Source of the DNA: Antechinus flavipes
Lineage: Eukaryota
Assembly: GCF_016432865.1 (NCBI RefSeq)
Contig: NC_067400.1
Span: 1,612,001 to 1,676,000 of the forward strand
DNA length: 64,000 bases
Direction: 5' to 3'
The notes under the pieces are model-generated. The model saw only the letters and a list, made by a program, of their open reading frames with translations, was not told where the DNA came from and did no database searches. The translations under genes and the position numbers were made by a program. Shown piece after piece: positions 31,561 to 43,000 of the stretch (position 1 is its first letter; every line of letters starts with the position of its first letter).

Positions 31561-34500
31561 TGGGCCCCCGTGGTTGGGATTCCCAGCCAGAGCAAATCTG
31601 CTTCTAGCCTTAGAGCAAACAGAGTGGGGGGGGGGGGTGTGGACCTTGCCCTGACCCTGGCAGGATGAAGGGGCCGGAGGCAGCAATGGGATCCCGCGGA
31701 CTCGGCTCCACCTACAGACGAGGCGGGTGGGAGGAGGCCCGCGGGCAGGGCAGCTGGGAGCCTCCTCCTGTGACCCGCTCTGCCCGAGGCACCGGGGCTG
31801 GACCCCGGGCACACAGCCCTGCCCGCACGCGGCCCCCGCCGGGGGGGCCGAGCCTTGGAGAGAGCTAAGGGTGGCCAGCAGGAAGCTCCGGGATGCCCGC
31901 TGGGCACGAGCGGGGACTCAGAAAATAAGTCTGGGGGGGCACGAGCAGGTGTCCCAGCAAGTACCTGGAGGGGGAGCACTGAGAAGCGCGCATTTGTGCG
32001 GGAGCACCTTCTGGCGCGCCAACGAGGCCCAGTGACACGCTGGGGGGAGCACGTCACGAGCTGGCGCGCGCGCACCCTGAAAAGCCGGAGGCCCCGCGGA
32101 GAACCCAGAAGCTGCTGGCAGAGGGGAGCCGGGGCCGATCCCGCCGGGCCGTTCGCCGGCTGCGGGGACTCCCGGAAAGCGAGGAAGGGTCAGCGGCTGC
32201 CCCGGCCCCTCGGCGGGTCCCTCCACAAGCCGCCTCCATCTGCGCCCTGGCTCTGGGAGCGAGGGGCCACGCTGGGGGGAGGATTGGTCGTTAGTGATCC
32301 ACCTTTACCTGACCCTGCCCCAGGGGCGAGGGCACCGCGGAGTCCCTGCCCAGGTGACCGCCGGGCTGCCAGCGCCAGCCGGGGAAGTGCCCGAGGGCCG
32401 AGCGCCCAGTGGCGGGATCAAAGCCCCCGCCCTCAGGGCCCTCGCCACGTTCTCAGCCCGGGGCACCTCACTGCTGCCCACGCCTGGAGATGCTGGGAGT
32501 CGGCCTCCGGAGCCTTCAGGGCGCCCAGCGATGGCCGCAAGCCGGGACCGGAGCCGAAGCTCCTGCTGTTCCCCGGGGCCGAAGCGGGCTGTGGCCTGGA
32601 TGGGGCCTCCTGGCCTGTCGGCTCATCCCTCCCCCTCCCCTCACATGCCATTGTTCATTCTCCCCCTGAAACAGGCCAAAAACCAACTGGCAACTGAACA
32701 CTCCAACCCCGAGGAGCGGGTGGGCCCGACAGCCAACAACCAAGGGTCTCAGCCCAGAGAAGGGCATCGGCGAGCCGGCCCCGAGGACGCGCCCCTTCCC
32801 ATCCCCCTCTAGCTTTCCCCGGGGTCGGGGGTCTCCGAAAGGGCCCGCCCGGTGGTCTGCCGTCCGGCCCGCCCCAAGCACAAGCTGGCAGCGTGAAGCT
32901 CGTCCGGGCGCCCATCGGGGGCCCCTCCCACGGGACTGCGCTCCCCGGCCGCCCGGGCTGTTGTTCCAGGCGTGACTCAGAGGAAGGAGCCCCACCCCCG
33001 GGATCACCTCCGTGTCTGGCAGGACAAGTGGTTTTCCTTGGACGGGCCCCAGCCCGGGCCTCCCTGCAAGGGAGGAGGCTTCCCCGAGGTCCCAGATAGC
33101 CCCGGCCCCGCCTGGAACCGGCCGCAGAACGGCCACCAAAGGGCAGCCTTCAGGGGGGGGTCCACTCGGAGGACACCAGGGAGTTGGATTGGGACGAGAA
33201 GGCTCAAATAAGGGTGGCTCCGGGTGGCCATTTCTGGCTGGGGCCGCCCCCCTGCCTCATCCCCTCCCCCCATCCCCCCTCCGTCCCCCCCACCCCGTCC
33301 CCCCGGCCCCACCCTCCTCTCCCCGTCCCCCCTGCCCCAGTCACTTTTTCCCTCACGGGGCTGAGTGGCCTCCACCTGCGCGTCTGCTCTGACTGTAAAA
33401 GTCCTCCCAAACCAGCTGTTCCCTGCAGCCTCCCTCCTCCCCTGCCTTCCCCACTTCCCGGAGCCCAGGGGCAAGGCCCTTCTGTCCGGCCCGGCCACAT
33501 TCCCGGGCCTTTTCTGAGCCTGGACGGCGGCAAAGCCCTTTGGGGACCGGCCTCCCCCTGCACCTGATCCTGCCGGCCGGGCCGAGCCCCCGCTGCCTCC
33601 GGACTGTGCAAACCCAGAAGCCCCCATGGCTCCCACAGGAGACCCACTGTTGGCGGAAGATCCTGGGTCCTCAGCTGCTCAGGCCAAGAGAAAGCGTTCT
33701 GCTAAGAGACTGTGGCGAGCAGAGAAGCTGGGGAGCAGGCCCAGGGAGCGGGCCGGGGGGGGGCGGGGGGGAACGGGCCGGGGGAGCGGGGGGGGGGGGG
33801 GCAGTGCTGACAGTCGGTGAAAGATCAAAGGCAGTGACCAAGCTCAAGGGCCTCCTGCAGCTAAGCTGACCCCCCTCCCACGGGGAGCTCCTTCTCGGGC
33901 CCCCATTTGGGGGATGGGCTCGGGAAAGCCATCCTGGATTTTCCTCTGGCTCTCTGACTTTACCATGAGTAGTCATAGTCTATTACTCAGCTCCTTTTTG
34001 TGGGAGGGGTCTCCTAAACTGCTGGGGGGGGGCTCTTAGCACAGTGTCTGGCACACAGTGAGGGCTTGAAAAAGTTTCCTTGCAATAAAGTCAGGTCTAA
34101 ACAACCAGAGAAATATTAATTACTTGTGAGTAAGCTGAGCCAGCACAGTGGACAATTCTCCCACATTAATTTCCTTTTCAGTGAAGAGAAGTGTGGCGGG
34201 AAGCGGCCCAGCTGGGCTAGATCTCAAACTGTTTAAAAAAACCCCAACACACCCGCAGTCACGCAAACGAGTCCCTAGGAAATGGCGGTGGAAGAGGTCG
34301 GGTACACAAGGCGTGGCAGCAAGTGATCCACAGTAAGCTAGTGTCTGGTAAACCCTGAGACCTCGGCTCGGGGACAAGGACTTGCCATCTGAGAAAAGTT
34401 GCCGGGGAAATAGGGAAGCAGAGCCCCGACAGCTCCCCAAGCCAGCAGGTGGAGGACGGGACAGCACAGAAGGCCCTCCAGGGGCCCAAGAGTTCCGCCG

Positions 34501-35011
34501 CCCCCTTGGATCTCCACAGGCAGCCCAGGAGTCCAAACTAGGGAGCTCCCGGCCGGTATCTGGGGGCCCCAGAAGCTGTCACACCTTGCCAGGTTCCCTG
34601 GGGCCGAGCCCCTCTCAGATTTGTGCCCGACGGTGGCAGGTAGGAAGGACTGCTGTGCCCCCAGTTGGTCCCTCACCATCCCGGGGAGTTAGGACTCCGC
34701 CGGCCGCACAGAGACCCCGGGGGCCTTCCTCTTTGTGAGCTGCCTGGGCGGGGAGTGGGGACCCCGGGGAGAGGAACAGTTCCCTCCCCCTGCCTGGTCC
34801 AAGCAGAAGCTAGAGGCCCATTTGCGGGGGGCTTCTTATTGCTGCCAACGGGCAGGTTCCGGGCCCCCGGGGTATTTCTGCTGCCGCTGTTCCTGGGCTT
34901 GCTTGAAGGGGAGACCCATGATTTTGGCCTTCCAGTTTCCACACCTTCCACACCCTCTTCTGGGAGTCTTCCCTTCATTGATATGGATCCTAATGTCTTG
35001 ATACCTTGGGG

Positions 35012-35218
35012 CCCAGCTTCTTAAACTGGGGCGAGATTACATTTTTAAAATTTAATTTAAATTTAAATTGTTATTTAAAACAATGAGTATTTTACCGAAC
35101 GTCAAGGTCGCTAAATTATGATCCCTCAGTAAATGGTGCGTTTATGTACCTACGTACCCGGGGTCACATGAAAATTTCTCAGGCAAAAGGAGAGAGCGAA
35201 AAAAGTTTCCGAAACCTG
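35012..35218. mobile_element. Putative hAT/Charlie-type MITE (~207 bp)
   Basis: Imperfect terminal inverted repeats cccagcttcttaaact / agtttccgaaacctg; candidate 8-bp TSD ccttgggg (35004-35011) / ccttagga (35219-35226); AT-rich interior. Family assignment is from memory. Confidence 0.5.
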
Positions 35219-36689
35219 CCTTAGGAGACCATCGGGGCTCCCTGGAGCCAAGCCCTGGCTGGACACGGAGCCTCCCTGCACGGACTAGGCGGGCCCTCCA
35301 ACGGCCGACAGTCTGCATGTCTGGTGGGCACACGATAGGTCGTTTGGCATGGCAGAACCTGCCCAACATGTGCTTTACAGGTCTAGGGCCCAAGGGAAGT
35401 CCGGGAGCTCAGCTTGAGGGCCTGCGTGTCCAGAGATGGTTCGTCCCCCTTACCTCCACTGGGAGATGAGCTTCTGGAAAGCAGGGGCTCTTAAATCCCA
35501 CTCTGCCGCACTAAAGTCGGGCATACAGTAGGTGACCAATAAATTTCAATGACTGATTTATAGGCATATAATAGGTGCTTCCTCAATATCTGTGGAACTG
35601 AACTGATTCTATGTAAGTTCCACTTTTCCTACCCTTACCGTGAGCATTTTACAAATGAGGAAGATGAGACTCTAGAGAACAACTAGCACCGCGGTTACCC
35701 AATGAAGAAGCATTTATTAAGCCCTGGCCATGCGCACCCCCGGCAGCTTTCTTCTCTTATTGAATGCACATTAAACATACAAGTTGGGGGGAGGGCAAGC
35801 ACGAGGCCTTCCGCTGAGCTTTGAAGCAAGTTGGGAATTTTCAGAGCTGCAGCTGAAAAGCAAATGCATTCCTGACACCGAGGGCTCCCTTTTCAAAGGC
35901 ACGGAGACGGGAATGGAGGGCCAGGCGAGGCCCAGCCCAAACTTTGAAGGCGAGAGCCACAGAGCACGGCCCCTCTTGCCCTGGATGGCTTGGGAGAGGG
36001 GAAGTACGACCTCCTAGGCTAAAATCCCACCTGTAGAAGGGACATTTCTCAACAAATCCAACCTGTACTGATAATAATCGTAATTTCATCATCTCCACAT
36101 TCAGTAAGGTCAGCTTCTCTAGTGCTATGTATGAAGTCCCACCAGTGTTGTTTCTCCACCCCTGACTATCAGCTGAAATTATTTAATGTCAGACCAGTTG
36201 ATTTGAGAAAGAAGAACGACTTGGGAGGGACAGAAAAACCCAATCCAATAAACATTTATTGAGCCCTACTATGTGGGGATACGTACCATTAAGTCATCCT
36301 CTGCTCTCAAGGAACTTACAATCTAAAGGAAAGGAAGAGAGAGCACACAAAAAGAGTAAGGAAAATGGCGGGGAGGTGGCGGGGAATGAGGGGGTGAGTG
36401 AGCTCAAGTTTAGAGAGAGCTTGTGACAAAGACCTGGGAGAATATTCTTCCTTCTATATTGTATGTAGAAAGCTAAAGTACGATATAGCTTTCTGGGGGC
36501 TCTTCAGAGAACTGCAGATCTGTGTCCAGTCTGTTCCTGGTGGCTTGAAGCCACTGGTTATTCCAGGGATGTTGCCAAAATGCTAATGGGAAGATGAGAC
36601 ATCCTCTGGGTCGTTAAGGACTATTTATCGAGTGCTCACCTCTTTGCTGACTTCCCATTTTCCATCTTGCCTACTGGATGTTTGGAAAT

Positions 36690-39250
36690 GGATGTTCTAG
36701 ATATCTTAGGATATTTGTCTTCCTTACTCTCTCTTTTATTCATCATTTCCTCCTCCTCCATCTTGGCTACAAATATGCCCATGTCTCTCCTATTCTGAAA
36801 AACAAAAACAAAAAGAAAACTTCCCCTGACCCTTCCCTTCTTACTAATTATCTTCTATGTTTCTTCTCCCCTTTGGGACTAAACTCCAAAAGGCATCTAC
36901 AAGAGATGCCTCTACTTTCTCTCTTAACCCCTTATAATCTATCTTTTGACTTTCTCTGAGTTTTGAGTTTCTCTGAAACTGCTCTCTGCAAAGTTCCTAT
37001 TGAGCTCATCCCCAATCCAAAACTTTTTTCTCAATCCTCCATCTCCCTGATCTTGCTGCAGCCTTTGTCATTGCCGGGCACGCCCTCCTCTCTTGATGCT
37101 CTCTTCTCTCTGGATTAAGGAAACCCTCCATTCTATCCTGGTGCTCTTAATCCTTCTCTTATCTCGATAAAGAGATACACCTCCTCAGTATCCTTTGCTG
37201 GATCCTCCTTTAGGACACCATCTCTAACTACTGGGGTCCCACAGGTTTCTGTCCTGGACCCTTCTCCTTTTTCCTTCAAGACCACTTTATTTGGCAATCT
37301 CATCAGCTCACACAAATATAATTACGACCTCTGTGTTGATGATTCTCAAGGGAGAAGCCCCAGGAGCTTCCCACCTTTCCTTCCCCAATCTCTTTGTTGA
37401 CCTCTAATTCTGCATCTACAATTGACATTCAGACATTTTTAACTGGATGTCCAGGAAATCTTAAACTCAACAGGTCCAAAATCAAAACCATTGTTTTCCT
37501 CTCTAAGCCCTCTCACCTCCTCCCACCTACCTTATTACTATCTCTCCAGTCACCTAGGTGTTTAACCTTGAATCCTCACTTTCTCTTTCAGCCCATCCCA
37601 TCTCCAATACGGTGCCAGCGCCTGTTGATTTCCCCCCCCCGCACCTTCTCTTATTTCACTCTGAAGCATCTCTTGTCTATTTCCCTTCTATACCATCTCT
37701 TATTGTCTATTTCCCTTCTACACTTATTTATTTCCTTTCTATACCATCTTTTCTTGTCTATTTCCCTTCTATACCATCTCTTCTTGCCTATTTCCCTTCT
37801 ACACCACCGTTTATCTATTTCCCTTCTTCTATACCACCTCCTATTTCCCTTCTATACCATCTCTTCTTGTCTATTTCTCTTATACATAATCTCTTGTCTA
37901 TTTCCCTTCTATACCATCTCTTATTGTCTATTTCCTTTCTATACTATATCTTGTCTATTTCCCTTCTATACTATCTCTTCTTGTTTATTTCCCTTCTACA
38001 CTTATTATTTATTTCCCTTCTATACCATCTCTTCTTGTCTATTTCTCTTATAATCTCTTCTATTTCCCTTCTTCTATACCATCTCTTGTCTATTTCCCTT
38101 CTATACCATCTCTTCTTGTCTATTTCCCTTCTACACTACTTCTTGTCTATTTCCCTTCTATACCATCTCTTCTTGTCTATTTCTCTTATACATAATCTCT
38201 TGTCTATTTCCCTTCTATACCATCTCTTATTGTCTATTTCCCTTCTATACTATATCTTGTCTATTTCCCTTCTATACTATCTCTTCTTGTTTATTTCCCT
38301 TCTACACTTATTTATTCCCCTTCTATACCATCTTTTCTTGTCTATTTCCCTTCTATACCATCTCTTCTTGTCTATTTCCCTTCTTCTACACCACCTTTTA
38401 TCTATTTCCCTTCTTCTATACCACCTCCTATTTCCCTTCTATACCATCTCTTCTTGTCTATTTCTCTTATACATAATCTCTTCTATTTCCCTTCTTCTAT
38501 ACCATCTCTTGTCTATTTCCCTTCTATACCATCTCTTCTTGTCTATTTCCCTTCTACACTACTTCTTGTCTATTTCCCTTCTTCTATACCACCTCCTATT
38601 TCCCTTCTATACCATCTCTTCCTTCTGTTTCCCTTCTGCATAATCTTTTGTCTATTTCCCCTCTGCACCATCTCTCCAGTAGTCTCCTTTCCTCTGGTTC
38701 CTATCCTACTCTGTTTCAGACCCTTCACATGGTAATGCTGCTGGAAATAGGGGGAGAGAAGGGCTGGCCCTGTCTGCCCCAAGGTTCCCCTCCATTCTGG
38801 TCAAGGGATTCTCCTAAAGTCCAGGTCCCATCACATCCCCTCCTCAATAAGCTCCAGGGGCTCCCCATCACCTCCAGGATCTAGTCCTTCATAGCCTGGC
38901 CCCTCCTACCTCTCCAGTCTTCTTTCACCTGATTCCCCCACACCTTGGGCGACACCTCCTCCTCCTCCTGGCTGTTCCATCCCTGGGATCCAGTCATTCT
39001 ATATATCTACCTCTTCTGAATGTCTCTCATCTTTGTTCTGACCACTGACCTCCTTGGTTTTCCCATCTCTAGAAGGGAGCTTTTCTCACCCCCTTCCTCT
39101 GTTGATTTCACCCCCATATATGTTACATGCTGTTTGTTCTGTCTTTCCCGGTTAACGGGGAAGCTCCTCGAGGGCAGCGACCGTGCTTGATTTCCATTGG
39201 TATTGAGAATGCCTCGCAAAGTGCCCAGCACAAGTGATGGCTCAGAGAAT
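36690..39250 (+). mobile_element. LINE-2 3' portion, split by a minisatellite
   Basis: RT C-terminal-like DIQTFLTGCPGNLKLNRSKIKTIVF (~37420-37500); L2-type tail gaagctcctcgagggcagcgacc...gtgcccagcac at ~39160-39235. Confidence 0.75.
37667..38674. repeat. ~1-kb pyrimidine-rich minisatellite (~27-30-bp units) with higher-order structure
   Basis: Unit tctatttcccttctataccatctcttcttg; the marker tatacataat recurs at 37881, 38187 and 38468. Confidence 0.95.
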
Positions 39251-39572
39251 GTCATCTTCCCGTCTTTCTTGCCTATTGTGGAACATCCCTCACCGGGCAA
39301 ACCACCTGAAGACAGACCCTGACCGAGGTCTCGGCATCCCGCAAGGGTAGGATGCCCGCCACAGCTCCAGGCCGGCGGCGCAGCTGCTCCTGGTGGAGTC
39401 TGTAAGCCCGCCGCTCTCTGCAGCATTGCTCTGACCTGCCCGACATGGAGGATCAGAGGAGCCGCAGCTCGGGAGACCTTCTCAAGAGGGCGGCGACAGA
39501 AACGGGACTGCGGCTGCGCACGAGGGAGGGGCCAGAGAGCGGAGCTCCTCCCAGCGGCGACGGCCCGGGCCC

Positions 39573-39628
39573 AGTGCGCCTGCGCCGAGCGGCTCGAGTG
39601 CGCCTGCGCCGAGCGGCCCTGCGCGCAG
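39573..39628. promoter_or_regulatory. Tandem NRF1-type sites in a 21-bp direct repeat
   Basis: agtgcgcctgcgccgagcggc at 39573-39593 and 39597-39617, each containing GCGCCTGCGC; further gcgcaggcgcaggcgc near 40225-40245. Confidence 0.65.
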
Positions 39629-39993
39629 TGAGCCTGTGGCGAGGGACGGAGAAGGAGCCGCCGAGGCCGAGTGTGGGCCGGAGCCGGAGACGAGGCGGAG
39701 CCGGGGCCGGAGCCAGAGCCGGAGGCGAGAGCAGGGAGGCGGCGGAGCAGGCCCCGGACGGAGCGCGGCGCGAGCGAGAGAGAAGGCGAGCGGCCGCGAG
39801 GGTGACCCGGGCGAGGCCGGCGGCCTGCCAGCCTGTCGGTCAGCCCCGGCCCCGACCCCTCGGTCCCCGCCGCCGCCGCCGCCCGGGCCTCGGGCTCCCC
39901 GGGCCCGGCGCCGCCCGGCCCCGGCCCCGGCGGACGAGCGAAGGCGCGAGTGAGCGCCGGCCTCCCGGCCCCCCGAGCCGGCCCGGCCGGAGG

Positions 39994-40039
39994 ATGACGG
40001 AGCTGCAGTCGGCGCTGCTCCTGCGGAGGCAGCTGGCAG
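39994..40039 (+). CDS. UBE2G1: UBE2G1 coding exon 1 (46 nt)
   Basis: aggATGACG; MTELQSALLLRRQLA plus G; donor gtgagc at 40040. Confidence 0.97.
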
Positions 40040-43000
40040 GTGAGCGGGCCTCGGGGCCCCCGAATCCCCGGCCCCGCCCCGGGCCTCTTTGTCCACCCCC
40101 CGCCCCCCGCTCCGGGGCCGACTGGGGGCCGGGGCTCCGGCCGGGAGCCCGGCGGCGGCGGGGGACGGCGGGGGGCGGGGGGCGGCGGGACGGGCATGCG
40201 CGTTGAGCGCCCGGCGCGGCCCTCGGCGCAGGCGCAGGCGCGCTGGGCCCGGGAGGCGCCTGGCCGCTTCACAATGCGCCCCACGTGCGGCCGGCTTTAA
40301 AGAGAAAGGGCCCGAGGGCGCCCGGCGTCCCCAGCCGCCCCCAGCTGGCCGAGGGTCTGAGCCGTAGCTTCGAGGGCGGGGGGCTTGGGGAGCCCGGCCG
40401 GGGGGAGCGGTCCGCAGTGCCCCCTCGGGAGCTCCGCTCTCAGAACCGGGCCCGGGCTGGACGGACTTGGCCAGGTGGCGGTCATTGATTCCGTGGTAGT
40501 CGGTGCAGAGACTTCCGGCCAATGGCGTGTCCACAGCACATTTCCCTGGGGCTCCACCTTTCCTCAGTGCCGCGGGGTCTGGCCGCAGGGGGAAAGCCCC
40601 CCGAGAGCCGAGTGAAAGAGTAGGGTGCTGGGGGTGGGGGGTGGGGCATTTCTCCAGCCTGAGCTTTGAAGGAAACGGGGCAGCGTGGGAAGGGAGGGCC
40701 CGACAGGTGGTCGGCAGCAGCCCGCGGGGGCAGCCACAGTCTGCTGGGCCCGGCCGGGGTGCCTCCCGACTCCCAGGGCCTGCCTGGAGGGGACTGTGGC
40801 CTCTGAGCAGGCGGGGTCCGGGGTGGAGGCTGTTGGGTGGGAACTCGGGCCCCTGGTCAGCAAGGCCCCGCAGAGGGCCTTATAATACTTAGGGGGGAGG
40901 GAAGGGCCAGAGGGGGAGGGGGCGAGCAGCCTCAGCGCAGCTACCGACAGGCTCATCAGGTGACCACGGGTAAAAGTGCTGGGGACTCTGGGGTTCTGTT
41001 TCCGTGGGAATTTCACATTCCCAAAGTGGGGGTGGGGGGGATCAGGAACAGAAAAGTCCCAGCGCAGTCGCTGTGGTTTTAGTGAAGTTTGTTGGAAGGA
41101 GGGGCAGGCCTGGCCTCTGTTTCATAGGGTCTGGGGGAAAGATGTTCAGAGAGGTCTCTGCAGTTCTGGCTGACGTCGGGGACCTTTATTCGGACAAGGG
41201 AAGCAGTTTCTTCCTTAGAACAGGCTCCCCCAGGGGTGCCAGGTGCCAAGGCCTGTACTGTTGGCTCCCTAGAATTTCAGCATTCAACTGTCAGCAGCAG
41301 GACATCTGGTCTGAGGAAGGGCATGAGACGGCTCCGAAGTGCGAGAGGTGGGGGGGCGGCCCGCGGGGCGCGGGGCTTGCCAGCAGGGACCTCCCCCACC
41401 TTCAAACCCAGCCTCCCTGGCCGCCGTTTCCTCCCGGGTGCCTCAGTTTCCTGGTCTGTCAGACGAGGACAAACGGCCGCGCTGTCTCTGCCGAGGAGTC
41501 CCCAGCGGGGGTCCCGAGACGGACACTAGGGAAGCCGGGAGCGGGCCGGCTGACGGCGTCCTTGGGGTTTTATCTGTCAGGCCGCGGGGAACCGCCCCGA
41601 ACAATTAGTGATGGTCAGCTCCTCTGCGGAGGTTCTGTTGGGAGCAGCTTCATGGGCCCAACCCCGGCAAGGCGCCGGCTTCTGCGGGGGCTCATCCTGA
41701 ACGTCACCCCCTCCCCCCCAGCAGGGCCGACCACTGCCCGCTAGCTTTGGGTTTTGGTTTTCCAAACCAGGGTCCGGGAGGAAGGAGGAAGTGAATTCCC
41801 TGACTGGGCCACAGGGTTATTGGCTTTGACCCACTAATTAGTCTCTGGGAGGCTTTTGTGAAACTTCAAAAATAGGAAAGAAATGCGCGCTGCCAACTTG
41901 CCGGCCGTGGGTAGGCAGCCCGGGAAAACATCTAGTCACCTGGGCAGTTTCCCCCCGTCGGGGCCCTGAGACCGCGCGAGAGCCTCGCCAGAACCCGGTC
42001 CCCCGGAAGCCTCCAGACGGGACCTTGGGAGGAGGGTGTGGGGGTGTGGTTTAGCTGGGGGGCCGCCTGCCGTGTTCTGGGCCCAGCCCCGGCCTGGAGG
42101 GGCGTCTTTTCCATGGAAAGTGCTTGAAGACGGCGTTTTAGCTGCGGGATGGGCCCGTGAAGGGGGGAGCCCTTGGGCCAGCAGCGGGGCCCGGGGGGCA
42201 GCTCTTTTTGCCCCGGAAGTGAAGGCGATGAGTTACCTTCGCCTGGAAAGGCCCCGGAGTCTCGGCCACATCCAGATGCATCTCGTTTTCTGAGCTAACT
42301 TAGCGAAGAAAGCCCCATCCCGGCACTTTTCTGGGGTCTGCTTGGTTAACATTGGGGGGATGGGGAGCCCGGCGCCCCTAACGAGCTCGTTCCTGTCTCA
42401 GAAAAGAAGCGTTCAATTTGTCAGGTTTTAAGTTATTTTTTAAGAAAGTAAATTCGGACTGCTGCAAGCAGGAGTGGGAGGGAGGAGCTGGGTTCGGATG
42501 CTGCCGCTCCCTGCCTGCGGGCCCTGGAGCCGGCTCAGGAAGCCTCATGGAGAAGGGTTCCTGGGCAGCCCAGGACTCGAGGGTGCCGGGGCCTCCCTGA
42601 CCGCAGGTGAGCCTTCGGAGCCCCGTGGGCCAGGAGGCGCCTGATGAGCTGGGGGTCCCCGAAGGCCGATGGGATGGACAGGAGGGTTGGGGGAGATCTC
42701 CAGAAGCCCTCGGAGGGCGGCTGTGTCTGAAGGGGGCTGGGCAGCCCCTAGGCCCCCCAGGGATCACCCTCCCCACCACAGCTCCTGGAAGGCGGCGGGA
42801 CTCTGGCTAGGCCCCTTCGCCCTGGCAGGGGGCGCCATAGGTGGGAGGGTCACTCAGGACTCACTGCCATGAAGTGAATGCCCTTTGAACCCTGCCGGTT
42901 TTGCCCCACACGGTGCTCTCATCTGAAGATGGGGGGGGCGCCCAGACTGGCCTGAAATAATTGGGAGATTGATTGCCCATCAGCAAAAGGCCAGGAGGTC

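Larger units (their letters stand above)
39340..40500 (+). promoter_or_regulatory. UBE2G1 CpG-island promoter and GC-rich 5' UTR
   Basis: Very dense CpG around exon 1; no TATA box seen; no ATG between ~39630 and 39994. Confidence 0.85.

Noticed and set aside
37394-38643. Hydrophobic 219- and 361-aa ORFs (LLSISLLYHL repeats) resembling membrane proteins
   Set aside because: Direct translations of the pyrimidine minisatellite plus an L2 remnant.
39445-39993. In-frame open stretch upstream of the UBE2G1 ATG (possible N-terminal extension)
   Set aside because: The ATG at 39445 lies upstream of the probable start region near the NRF1 sites, and stop-free frames are expected at this GC level. It would need Ribo-seq evidence.
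39007-40534. Long minus-strand ORFs (425 aa, 350 aa) over the UBE2G1 promoter
   Set aside because: Pro/Gly/Arg/Ala-rich translations of a CpG island where stops are rare; no domain and no splice support.
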